Of a stretch of DNA of 64,000 nt, positions 13,704 through 25,038 are shown in pieces (position 1 is the stretch's first letter; each line of letters starts with the position of its first letter). The notes beneath the pieces were generated by a model. That model saw nothing but the letters and a program-made list of their open reading frames with translations. It did not search any database and had not been told where the DNA came from. The DNA is taken from NCBI GenBank assembly GCA_038087875.1, contig CM075991.1:11968001-12032000 (forward strand), in the 5' to 3' direction. A program made the translations under genes and the position numbers. Source of the stretch: Malacoraja senta (taxonomy: Eukaryota).

Positions 13704-14390
13704 CATTGTGAATATTGGGATAAAGCTTGCAACAATGCTGAGAGCTAAATTCTACATTCTATCTCCCCCTTTGCTCTCTATTATACTTGAGTTTGTCCTG
13801 ATTTGTATTCATGTATAGTATTAACTTAGGATATCATACAAAACAAAATGTTTCACTGTACCTCAGTATATGTGACAAAACCAAACCTGAACCCATGCAT
13901 GAGAGAGAATGCACGAAACAGTTTGATGCACGAAAACTGTTGCAGGGTTTGACGTTTGCCATAACTGGGAAATGGAATGCAGACAAGAACAAAGGATAGA
14001 CTGTGATAGGGTGGAGCCCCACATATAATGGATAACACAGATTGCCGTTGACTAAGTGAGGATGGTGAGGACTTGATACTGGCAAATAATCCTACTGGAG
14101 GTGGTTTACACCGCAATCTTATATATATCTGGTGTGGAAGATAGCCTGACGAAACCATTATTACTGAAAGGGTTCAACATTTAGCACGATGTCATAAAAG
14201 CCCTGCATTGTCCCTGCCCCCTCTTTATGACACGCATAGTTCAAAATAATTTGGCCTCTAGTTTCAAGAGCCTTATCCTGTGCCCATGCTAACCTTCAAA
14301 CCCAACGGCAGATATTGATGCAGTGTATTGGCTACTCCACACAGCAGCTCCCACTCTGATCAACTTCTAACCTCACCTCACCACACCACA

Positions 14391-14813
14391 ATGCTGGGCT
14401 GGGAAGACTACGTGAGGAGTTTACTTGCCGATGGGTTATGCCAGGATGCTGCCGTCTTGGCCTGTTCCTGCCCCAGGCTGCTGGCTGCCAAAGAGGACGG
14501 CCTGTTCAAGCAAATGAGCTCAAAGGAAATCGGGAACATCATGAGCAACGAGCGGAAGGCCTTCCTGGTCAAGGGGCTCACCATCGGTGGCAAGAAGTGT
14601 TTCGTCATCCGTGACAACTTCCAGCTGGATGGGGATTACACCATGGACGTCAGGATGAAAAGGAGGGACGGTAACAACCCCTGCAACAGCATCGCCATCG
14701 CTCGGTCAACAAAAGTCGTCATTATGATCATGGGCAAGAGAGGTGTCCATGGAGGAACACTCAATAAAAAGGCCTTCCAGATGGCGACCTACATACGAAG
14801 ATCTGGCTGTTAG
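14391..14813 (+). CDS. Profilin-family protein, single coding exon, 140 aa
   Basis: ATG in acaATG context. Translates MLGWEDYVRSLLADGLCQDAAV...GLTIGGKKCFVIRD...DGDYTMDVRMK...MGKRGVHGGTLNKKAFQMATYIRRSGC*. Full profilin length with no stops or frameshifts. AATAAA at 15092-15097. Confidence 0.93.
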   Translation: MLGWEDYVRSLLADGLCQDAAVLACSCPRLLAAKEDGLFKQMSSKEIGNIMSNERKAFLVKGLTIGGKKCFVIRDNFQLDGDYTMDVRMKRRDGNNPCNSIAIARSTKVVIMIMGKRGVHGGTLNKKAFQMATYIRRSGC

Positions 14814-16235
14814 AAGAGGCATCGGTTACTGCTGTTACAACTGGATAATTCCATCAACGCAACTGGATTTCCAGGCGTTATCTCAAAATGCTTTGACGTC
14901 TCCCCATAAGTAGCCCCAACTATCCATTGTGTGACCAGACATATTGCTGCCTGGGCTTATAGTGGCACTCATATTTTTGATATATACTTATGGAAATTAT
15001 TTGCGTATTTAAAAATCTATGTATGTTGTGCTCTTATTGCAGAAGTGAGTTTGCTGTGTGAATGGAACAGGTATGTTAATCACATTTCTCCAATAAAGAT
15101 CAAAATCTTAAATGTTTCACTGTTTTTAAGACGTTTCAGCCATGATCATATTGAATGGCGGTGCTGGCTCGAAGGGCCGAATGGCCTACTCCTGCACCTA
15201 TTTTCTATGTTTCTATGTTTGATGCTCAAAAGATAAGCGCACAATTGTATGAGCAACATCTAGGATTCAGAGTAAACGTACAAGGAGCCAATGGCAAGAT
15301 TTGGCACAAAGTATCCCGTTCCCTACCAAGGGCAAACTAAGGTAATGCAGCTGCCTCATTGCTCCAGAGATCTGGGTTCAATCCTGACCTGTCTGGATGG
15401 AGTTTGCATGGAAACTGCAGCATTTAGCTCTTCAGTTATAAATTCCCTGGTGTTTGGAGGGTCGGTTTTAAGCTGCATGTAGGTACGGTGAACAGCCATG
15501 GGCTAGTCCAGTCTCTACAGGTAGAAGTGGTAAAAACTAGACGCAGAGTGCTACAAATAAAATGTCAAGCACCACTTCCAACTCATTCAGATTCACTGCG
15601 GGTTTGTTAATATTACAATTTCTACTTACATATTTTTAAAAAAGATTGGTTAAGTGGTCTCTGGAATAAAAAGACATCCAATTCCTGAGTTAAGTACTCA
15701 AATATATTCCACTTCTGGGAAACAAGTTACACATTTTGTTAAAAATATTTAAAGCATATTTAAATAATTCATACAATTCCAAATTACTCAGCAGTCCAGG
15801 CAACACCCCACATAGGGGCAATAATCAATGTAAATGCTGACTGCTGCATAGAGTCACGGACAATGCACCCACATCTTCTGCCCCAAACACTCCTCGCCAT
15901 TGCTGTCGGAGAAAGAAGACAAGGTCTTGGACTGATGGTACGATCCAGTTATAGGATTCATTCATCTGTCCCTGGCAATGTGAACCGAGAAAGTGAAACA
16001 GTGCAAATGTAAAGACAGAGCTCGAACTCTGAGATCACGGCAGTACAGAGAAACGCCATTCTCCAGGTTGCTTTAGCCCGGCTAGGATCCTGCACCACCT
16101 CACTTCCATAGGCATTACTGACCATTTAACCACAGTGTGACTGTCACCCCACATCACTCACATGGTCGTGAATTGAACCGTGAGCAAGAGTGAGCTACAA
16201 TTAATTCTCATCTTGCACATTACAATCCAGAAGTA

Positions 16236-16425
16236 AGTAGACAAAATTGCTGGAGAAACTCAGCGGGTGCAGCAGCATCTATGGAGCGAAGGAAGGAGGC
16301 AATGTTTCAGCCCGAAACGTTGTCCATTTCCTTCGCTCCATAGATGCTGCCGCCCCCGCTGAGTTTCTCCAGCAAATTTTGTCTACCTTCGATTCTCCAG
16401 CATCTGCAGTTCCTTCTTGAACACT
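16236..16425. mobile_element. Fold-back Penelope-derived element with 11-bp TSD, just downstream of the POLR3D stop
   Basis: Inverted arms 16237-16386; TSD ATCCAGAAGTA at 16225-16235 and 16426-16436. Confidence 0.8.
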
Positions 16426-16568
16426 ATCCAGAAGTATCTTTCACACCCGTCCCTCCTGAGAACTGTCCTTTCAAGGCTTCGCCGAGCCCTCCAACAATCT
16501 CCAGTCGCAGACAAGACGCGGAACGCAAGCTGACAACGTGTTTTCTTGTGCAAGATCTTCATTTCCTG

Positions 16569-16688
16569 CTACTGTCTTTGCTCAAGGAGCGCCTCAAAGT
16601 CAGGGGAACAGACCAGCTTGTGCTTGATGTGCCCCAACACTGTCATCTCTCCTGTCCTGTTCTCTCCAATTCCAATGGAAACCAGCTC
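16569..16688 (-). CDS. POLR3D: RNA polymerase III subunit RPC4, last coding exon
   Basis: tttcag| acceptor; ELVSIGIGENRTGEMTVLGHIKHKLVCSPDFEALLEQRQ*. Confidence 0.96.
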   Translation of the reverse strand, partial: ELVSIGIGENRTGEMTVLGHIKHKLVCSPDFEALLEQRQ

Positions 16689-17964
16689 CTGAAACAACAG
16701 AGACATCAACTGAGTAGAACAGTCAGCATGACGTTCCGTAACGTCAGAGTTATCTTCAGAGGGGGAAAGCAAATGAGATCTTGCATTCTTTAACACCGAA
16801 TGTGAACTCAGGAGAACTTGTCAGTTTTACAATATGACCACAAGCAGCTCCCACAAACAGAAGAATCGAATAGACAGGAGGCCCATTGTTTCCGCTGACA
16901 TTTGTTAAGGTATAAACAGGTTCCACAGTGAATTTTCTTTCTAGTCCCCAAATACTGCCCTTGGCTCCCTGACAAGTTCAGGTGAGGCAAGTGTTCAACG
17001 TCTCATGTGAAGGCTGGCATCTCCCATCAGTGCAGTGTCTCCTCGGAGGTTTTGGCCCAGACGCGAACTCTGGAATGGTACTGCGGCACCTGACCTTCTG
17101 GCTCGGGGCGGCCCGCTACCCACTGGACGACGGCTCAGTGTTTTGAACCAGGCCTCCAGTGGCCAGCGCAAGCTGCCAATCCTCCCAAATGAACCCGTAG
17201 TTATTTTTCAGTCAAAGCTCAGCTCACATATTGAAGCCCCTGACTCTGCGAATTGTAATAGCTTAGTTTAGAGTTAGTGCGAAAACAGGCCCTTTGAGTC
17301 TGCTCCAACTAGCGATCCCCGCACGCTAACACTATCCTGCATGCTAGGGACAATTTACAGTCTTTACCAAAGCCAATTGACCTACAAACCTGTACGTCTT
17401 TAGAGTGGGAGGAACCCAGGGTCTCGACCAGAAACGTCACCTATTCCTTCGCTCCATAGATGCTGCCTCACCCGCTGATTTTCTCCAGCATTTTTATCTA
17501 CCTTTGATGTAGTCGTCTGTCTAAAGAAGGGTCCCAATCTGAAATGTTCTCCCAAGATGCTGCCTGACCCGCTGAGCTACTCCAATACTCAGTGTCTTCT
17601 TTTGTAAACCACAAATAAATCACTCTCATGCCCTGTGCATGCTCTCTACACATCTCATCATATGTGTAAATACTCATGGAATTTCCCCTGATGAGGAGAC
17701 GGGCATTTTTTGGCAAAGATTAATCTGTTCCCTTTCTAACAAACCGCTTGCAGCAACTATTGTACATGGATATGACAGGTTTGGAGGGACTAGTGTAGCT
17801 GGGGCATGTTGGCGGTGTGGGCAAGTTGGGCCGAAGGGCCGGTTTCCACACTGTATCACTCTATCACTCTCTAACAATCAGAAAACCTGAGGTTTCCCGA
17901 ATCGCCAAAACGATCAAAACTGGTGGAACTGCTGGCCGTTCCGAAAACGCGATGTGGTACGTAC

Positions 17965-18117
17965 CTGGAGAAATGAACAGGTTGTTCCCATGGTAACATC
18001 CAGGGTGACCTGCCCTAGAACGAGCTGCACTCGCCCTGACTTCCTGATCAGCAGCTTCCCAATCTGACCCTCCGTTAGATCCATCAGCGAGCAGGTATTT
18101 TCAGCTTGTTTCTGTTC
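17965..18117 (-). CDS. POLR3D: RPC4 coding exon 7
   Basis: gtag| ... |gtacgt; EQKQAENTCSLMDLTEGQIGKLLIRKSGRVQLVLGQVTLDVTMGTTCSFLQ (RPC4 C-terminal domain). Confidence 0.96.
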
Positions 18118-18172
18118 CTACACAACACACACACACACACACACACACGATGAGAAAGGAACTCGACCATCA

Positions 18173-18465
18173 TGGGCAGCACAGTGGTGCAGTGAGAGTT
18201 GCTGTCTCACAGCGCTAGAAACCCAGGTTGAATCCTGATCTCAGGAGCCGTCTGTACGGAGTTTGTACGTTCTCCCTGTGACCATGTGGGTTTTCTCCAG
18301 GTGCTCTGGTTTCCTCCCACATTTTAAAGACATGCAGGTTTGTGGGTTAATTGGCCTCTGTAAATTGTCCCTCGAGTGTAGGGTAGTGCTAGTGTACGGG
18401 GTGATCGCTGAATAACGCAGACTCGGAGGTCCGAAGTGCCTATTCCACGCTGTATCTCTAAAGTC
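18173..18465 (+). mobile_element. HE1-type SINE (intronic)
   Basis: GGGCAGCACAGTGGTGCAG head, V-SINE core, GCTGTATCTCTAAA tail. Confidence 0.85.
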
Positions 18466-18850
18466 CAGACATAATCATCTGCACAGACCAAGAACAGCTT
18501 CCACTGTCACCAGCCCACGTAGAGTCCATTTACACTTCTAGTCCAGGGATATTGATGGCACCCCAGAGATGGTAACATTCAGTGGATTACAAAGTAATGC
18601 AATATTACTTTATATTATCCAAAACCCAAGATTCATGATGTGCTTTGTTTCTCAATAGAAACCACTTTTAAAAATAGAAACCTCAATTAGATCCCAGTAA
18701 TATAGAGATTCATTCCTAAGATATGATTTTTCTTTTTAGAAATGACACCCCAACACTATAATCCAGTTGCAACTCATTCCTGGATAACCCAACACTGCAC
18801 TTAATACATCGCAGAATTACAGTTGGTATATTTCTAAATCTCTGAGTATT

Positions 18851-19258
18851 ATATAGTCTTCTGCGTGGATTGTCACCTTGTCGTGGTGGAGAAGCTTGTG
18901 TGGACCTGAGATCCTGAGGGCGATGCCGTCTGGAGCTATGCTCCTGGTAGGGCCACCCATGGCGGTAAGGTCAAGGGGGAGGTCTCTGACAAAGAGCAAT
19001 TCAACCAAGACCTCAATGGTGGAACAGGCGGAGGACGATGGCTGACCTTAGTGGAGCGTTACAACGGCTGGGAAGGTGGGTGAAGGCTGCAGCAGAAAAG
19101 GGTCCCCAGTCGTCTTGTATTCCATGCCACTGGATCCTGACCCAGATCTGTCAAGGACAGTGTAGCACTAGTCTCCCCACGTTAAACAAAGTCACGCACA
19201 GGCATCCTCCAACCCTGGAGACACCCATGGTCAGCCATGACCGATGGGGACCTAAGAA
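18851..19258 (+). mobile_element. Short non-autonomous RTE-derived (bipartite-like) retroelement
   Basis: Carries CACCTTGTCGTGGTGGAGAAGCTTG and GAGCTATGCTCCTGGTAGGGCCACCC, resembling conserved RTE/BovB 5' motifs. TSD GAGTATT at 18844-18850 and 19259-19265. No RT ORF. Confidence 0.6.
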
Positions 19259-19349
19259 GAGTATTTCAACCCAAGTTTGGAAAACCCTGCTGAGTGGAGA
19301 TAATCAGGAGGACCCTTGCAGTAGAACTAGTAATGGTACAAGACAAAAT

Positions 19350-19541
19350 GTGTAGGAAGGAACTGCAGATGCTGGTTTAAACTGAAAATAGACACAAATG
19401 CTGGAATGGCTCAGCAGGGCAGGCAGCATCTCTGGAGAGAAGGAATGGGTGACGTTTCGGGTCGACCCGAAACGTCACCCATGCCTTCTCTCCAGAGATG
19501 CTGCCCGTCACCGAGTCACTCCAGCATTTTGTGTCTATCTT
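19350..19541. mobile_element. Fold-back Penelope-derived element
   Basis: Inverted arms centred on GACGTTTCGGGTCGACCCGAAACGTC; flanking AATGGTACAA is duplicated. Confidence 0.8.
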
Positions 19542-19566
19542 TAGTAATGAATGGTACAATACCGAC

Positions 19567-19838
19567 CTGAGACTTCTCCTGTTTCAGCAGCACAGTCTGC
19601 CCGTCCTCGTTCTGCACCTCAGCTTTCGTTGGCTTCTCTTCACAGGTGGGGGACTGGCCCGGCAACGTGTCGGGGAGCTGGAGGAACAGCAGCTCGTCGT
19701 CTTTGTGCATGCTGAGCTCCTGGAGCAGTTCAGCTACCGAAACGTTCTTTGGGGCAGCCGGAGCCTTCCTCACCACGCTGGGCTTCCCCGATGCCGGAGA
19801 GCCCTTCGCCGCGTCTTCGCCGCCGGGTTCATCCTTCA
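19567..19838 (-). CDS. POLR3D: RPC4 coding exon 6
   Basis: ttttcag| ... |gtcggt; (V)KDEPGG...ELLFLQLPDTLPGQ...EKSQ; phase is consistent with its neighbours. Confidence 0.93.
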
Positions 19839-20019
19839 CTGAAAAAACAAATCCGAATAATGCCGATATAACAGGTACATCACACCTTCATGTGTGCCCT
19901 ACCTTCATTCCTTAATGCAGCATAGAGAGATGCAACGTTAACTTCCTTGTAGCTTCCATTCTCCTTTCCACAATGGAGCCAGCTACCTATCGCAGATTCT
20001 GGACTACAGATAGTTCTGC

Positions 20020-20290
20020 TATAGACAATAGACAATAGGTGCAGGAGTAGGCCATTTGGCCCTTCGAGCCAGCACCGCCATTCAATGTGATCATGGCTGA
20101 TCATCCCCAATCAGTACCCCGTTCCTGCCTTCTCCCCATATCCCCTGACTCCGCTATTTTTAAGAGCCGTATCTAGCTCTCTCTTGAAAGTATCCAGAGA
20201 ACCGGCCTCCACCGCCCTCTGAGGCAGAGAATTCCACAGACTCACAACTCTCTGTGTGAAAAAGTGTTTCCTCATCTCTTCTAAATGGCT
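20020..20290 (-). mobile_element. Young CR1/HER1 LINE 3' end with (ATAGACA)n tail as read on +
   Basis: EMRKHFFTQRVVSLWNSLPQRAVEAGSLDTFKRELD. Near-identical copies lie at ~24510-24715, 31720-31970, 34460-34692 and 41010-41268. Confidence 0.9.
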
Positions 20291-20635
20291 AGCTTGCCAC
20301 AATCACCTGTTCTTAGAGATAAAATGATTATCTAAATACATGCTTCTACCATGAGAGCATGAGTTTCATCTTCAGGGAGAGAAAAGATCTTCACCAAGGA
20401 ATGCGAGAGAGAGAGGGAGGAAGAACTTTGACCGTGGTGTATGTCAGTGCCAGCCAGTGCAGACAGAAGACTCGAATACACAGAGTGGGGTAAGAGTTAT
20501 TTTGAATTGTTTCCTTATTGATAGTTGATAGTTTTTCTGTCTTTTACTTGTGTTTGCTGTAATAGTCATTGTGCTCTTCACCAATGATCCGAATCCTTGA
20601 ATCCTGCATATATTTCATTACAACGATTAATGAAG

Positions 20636-21667
20636 TAACAATGTTACAACATTTTGAGATTTAAAAAATCAAGTCTGTAATTTATCCCATCAGATAAAGC
20701 ATAAAAAGACGTTTAATTTGACACCTAATTCACTTTCATATCTTCAGTATTAAAAAGTTATGGCCATTTTCATACTCGGAAATTAGCATCTTGTTCCCTA
20801 TTGCTTTTCCATTGACTTAACACAAAAGCTGTGATCGAGGACAGTCAAAAGCCCATAACTTTCTTAAAAATTAAGAGAACTGAAAGACATTTTCAGTTAT
20901 TATAGATTGAAGCATTCTGAAACAAATATGAAACAATCTTACTTAGATGACATGAAATTAAAGCATATAATTAGTTAGTTACCTAATTGTAGCTAATTAC
21001 AAAATTCAATTACTAGATCTAAACATCTATCAATTTCTTAAGAATAGATTAACATTTTTAAATAGCCTAAGTGTCCAAATAACATTCACACAAGAATTCA
21101 CAATATAACATAATTTTTAAATCTCATTGTCATGGATTTATAGGCCAAATGGAAGGAATTTAATGTTTAATACCTGTAAATTAATGGGCATTTAAATCAT
21201 CTTGCGAGTGGGTTTTTCTGGAATGCGATCATTTGGAACGTTGATTTGCGGTGAATTTAACCCCGTATCAGCATGAATAATACTGCCGTTAGTTTGGGGA
21301 AAATAATCACCGTTTTGCATTTTAAAATGTGAATTAAAGGCCTCTTAAGAAGCACTTTTATACATAAAATAAACTGCTTTCGTTTACCTGTCCCGTGCGT
21401 GAAATCCGTCCCCGTTGTCGGCTTTCGAAGCTGATTTTAAAATAACTCCAGCGCTGAACTTGTCGGGCGAATAAAAATAAAAAATACACAAAACGCCCGT
21501 CGGAACGATTCTTCAGCAAAAGTTTGCACTCCAACGAAATATAATACAGGACAAGGTAGGAGAAACCCGCGTTTTAACTCTGCACCCCCCTCAAAGGCGC
21601 CAAAATCGTGCACACGGCCAGTGGCAGAATTGCAGCGCCACTGAAGGTAAGTATTGTAACATACCTA
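20636..21667. mobile_element. ~1-kb non-autonomous DNA transposon
   Basis: Imperfect 14-bp TIRs (TAACAATGTTACAA / TTGTAACATACCTA). Direct repeat AATGAAG at 20629-20635 and 21668-21674. AT-rich left part, CpG-rich right part, no ORF. Confidence 0.7.
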
Positions 21668-21824
21668 AATGAAGATAGATACAAAATGCTGGAGTAACAA
21701 TAAATGGTCAAGCAGCATCTCTGGATGGAAGGAGTCCGCTGAGTTACTCCAACATTTTGTGTCTATCTTCGGTGTAAACCAGCATCTGCAGTTTCTTCCT
21801 ACACATAATGAATGAATGAACTAC

Positions 21825-21978
21825 CTTTCACAGTAGAGACATCCATCTCCATCTTTTCCTCCCTGGCCGTCAGCTCCTCATCCTCCGTGTCCTCCTTGAA
21901 CAGCCAGCCTGACTGGGCCAGAGGAAGCTGCACGGGCATGTTGCGGGCATCGTTTTTCAGACCAGGGTCATCGATAAA
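21825..21978 (-). CDS. POLR3D: RPC4 coding exon 5
   Basis: gtgcag| FIDDPGLKNDARNMPVQLPLAQSGWLFKEDTEDEELTAREEKMEMDVSTVK |gtag. Confidence 0.95.
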
Positions 21979-22573
21979 CTGCACACAAGCAAGAATCAAA
22001 TGCATTTGGCGCAACAATACAACTTCAACAGACAGAAAAAGAGATGAACAAATGAGCTCAAGTAGGAAAGGAATTTAGGATGTACAACTCCGGTGGTCTG
22101 CAACCCTCCTCATTCATTCGTCTGGGCTGATCCCAATGTCGTAACGTACACAATTGTGATCAGTTTGCATCAAGCTTCTGTATCCAAATCCTGCCCCAAT
22201 GCACACCAATCATCCTCAAGGGCCTGTCCCACTTACGCAATTTTTTGGGGACTGCCGGCACCCGTCAGTCGCAGCGGGTCGCCGAAAAATGTCAAAATGT
22301 TGAAAAAGAAAAAGGTACGATTCTTTGGGCGACTACTCACAACCATACAGGCATCACAGGTTAATTGGCTTCTGTAAATTGTGTAGGGAGCTGATGGGAA
22401 AGTGAGATAACATGGAACTTGTGTGAATGGGTGATCGATGGTGGGCACAGACTGAGCGGGCCGAAGGGCCTGCTTCCACGCAGTATCTCTGAAAGGCAAA
22501 TGTTATACTTTTCCTCTTTGAACTAATCTCCCACCATGTCCGCATCCCACTGCCTCCATCAAACAATGCTTAC

Positions 22574-22698
22574 ATCGTCCCGGTCCAGCATGCGGAGAAT
22601 CTGCTTGGTTTCTTCCTCCGACTCTCGCTTTTCCTTCTTGATGTTAATAATTGGGGATGTTCCAAACTCCTTCATGTCCACAGAGGAATCCCAACCAG
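22574..22698 (-). CDS. POLR3D: RPC4 coding exon 4
   Basis: tttcag| (A)GWDSSVDMKEFGTSPIINIKKEKRESEEETKQILRMLDRDD |gtaag. Confidence 0.95.
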
Positions 22699-24883
22699 CT
22701 GAAAGTCAGATACAGAAAGAGAACAGTCGGAAAACTGCATCGCTGATAACCAGTGAACGAAATGTTAGCATTGTTGAATACAAATGGTGCTTGAGGAGAG
22801 ATTGATAGATCATAGAACAGAAATAGTCTGAAGACGGGCCACGACTCAAACGTCACCTATCCATTTTCTCCAGAGATGTTGCCCGACCCAGTTACTCCAG
22901 TATTGAAGGGTCTCAACCCAAAACCTCACCTATTCCTTCACTCCATAGATGGTGCCTGAGTTTCTCCAGCTTTTTTGTCAACCTTCGATTTTTCCAGCAT
23001 CTGCACTTCTTTCTTTAACAACTACCTCAGTTATGTCAGGTCAGGGCACCTCCAAAGCTCCATGGAGTCAAACCTATCATCATCCTCTGGGTGAAAGCAT
23101 TTCAAAGGTGAAGCCAAATTTAGACGGCATGCCAATATTCTGCACTCTGTATCTTTCTCTCCACTTGACATTTTGTGCTTGGCTTGTTTGTATTCATGTA
23201 TAGTATTATCTGATTTGATTGCAGAGCATGCAAACAAAATCCTCAGTATACACAGAAATAATAAACCCAAACCTAAATGTTATGAGCCTTTTTGAAGCAA
23301 GCTTAAGAAACAATCCTGACCCATCGGAAGGATCTAAAAATAAAGTTAAAATCACAGTCTTGCATCCAGCCAGCAAATGTGTCATTAAATACTGGCAATG
23401 TTCAGATTGGATCACCCCCCCCCCCCCCCCCCCCCTCCTTCCCTGGTGCACACAGGCACGGAAATACAGACTACAGAATGAGATGTTGATACAGCGTCTG
23501 CAAGAGATGCTCCATCTGATGCTATTCTAGTTGGATTCATGTACAGTAGCTATTAGAAGTGACATTCGGCAGGACATGCCACGGTTGATCCCTGGGGTCT
23601 GAACTGCACTGCTGTTTACTGTCAACTATGGTGTGGAAACAAAGAATTGATGGCACTGCCACTCGATGTAGAGTCTCGTGAGAGCAAATGTAGAAATTGT
23701 TCCCACTGACTGGAAGATCAATAATCCAAAGGCCACAGATTTAAGACTAACCATAAAACAACCAGAAGTGACTTTGGGCAAGAACATTTTGGGTTGGTTG
23801 CGATTTGGAAAACATTGCGACAACAGAGCAAAAACATTTAATAATACTTTATAAAATGGGAATTGGACCAATATCCGAGGGAGAAAGAATTGTAAACAAA
23901 TGAGAAAATGAGTAAGGGAGTTATTGGCATTAACTAGTTTGTTCATTTGAGATGGCCACTGGAGATAAGGTGTGCCGAGCAATCAATGATTTGACCTAAT
24001 GGTGACGCAGGTAGAAAGAGTGGTGAAGAAGGCTTACCTTCATCAGTTAGGTTGTTGAGGACAGGAGTTGGGATATCATTACAGGTGTACAAGATGTTGG
24101 CGAGGGCATATGGTGTACAGTTTTGGTCACTCAGCTGCAGGAAGGATGTCATTAAACTGGAAAGGGTGGGAAGATTTGAAGACGTTACTGGGACAGGAGT
24201 GATTTGAGTCATGAAAAGAGGCTGGATAGGCTGGGACTCTTTCCCCTGCAGCAGAAGAGGCAGAGGAATGAAATTATTGAGATCTATTAAATCATGAAGG
24301 GCACAGATACAGTGAAAATCCATAGTCTCTTCCCCATGGTAGGGGAGTCTAAAATTAGAGGCCATAAATTTAACATTGAGGCGATAGATTTAATAGGAAC
24401 ATGAGGTACAACTTTTTCCCATACAGAGGGCGGTGGGTACATGGAACGTGCAGCCAGAGGTCGTGGTAAAGGCTGACTTTTAAAAGACGTTTGGAGAGGT
24501 ACAGGAAAGGTTAGACAATAGACAATAGGTGCAGGAGTAGGCCATTTGGCCCTTCGAGCCAGCACCGCCATTCAATGTGATCATGGCTGATCATCCCCAA
24601 TCAGTACCCCGTTCCTGCCTTCTCCCCATATCCCATGACTCCGCTATCTTTAAGAGCCCTATCTAGCTCTCTCTTGAAAGCATCCAGAGAACCTGCCTCC
24701 ACTGCCCTCTGAGGTTTGGAGGCAAATGGGACTAGCTCATTTAGGCAACTTGGTCGAGTTGGGCTGAAGGGCCTGTTTGGATACCGTATAGCTCTTCTGT
24801 GCTGCTAGATTTCACAAACATGAATAGAAAAGCTATCGACTGCAGGATTTGAAGAGCACACACACACACTTCCCATTTCTCAC

Positions 24884-25038
24884 CTCTCTTCTTCATCATT
24901 TCAGCGGGCCCCTGCTCGAAGATGGAATGGGACTGGATGGTCTCAGGTCTGCCTCGTCCTCGCCCGCGACCATCTCTCTGCCGATCTCTTTCTCGCTCTT
25001 TCTTCTCTTTCCTCTGTGAAGCATCCTCCTCCTTTGGT
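24884..25038 (-). CDS. POLR3D: RPC4 coding exon 3
   Basis: ctgcag| PKEEDASQRKEKKERERDRQRDGRGRGRGRPETIQSHSIFEQGPAEMMKKR |gtgag. Confidence 0.96.

Noticed and set aside
13335..13818. 137-aa and 70-aa ORFs
   Set aside because: Decayed CR1 RT sequence plus the local duplication.
14328..14390. N-terminal extension of profilin in the ORF track
   Set aside because: It starts at TTG; the ATG at 14391 matches the canonical profilin start.
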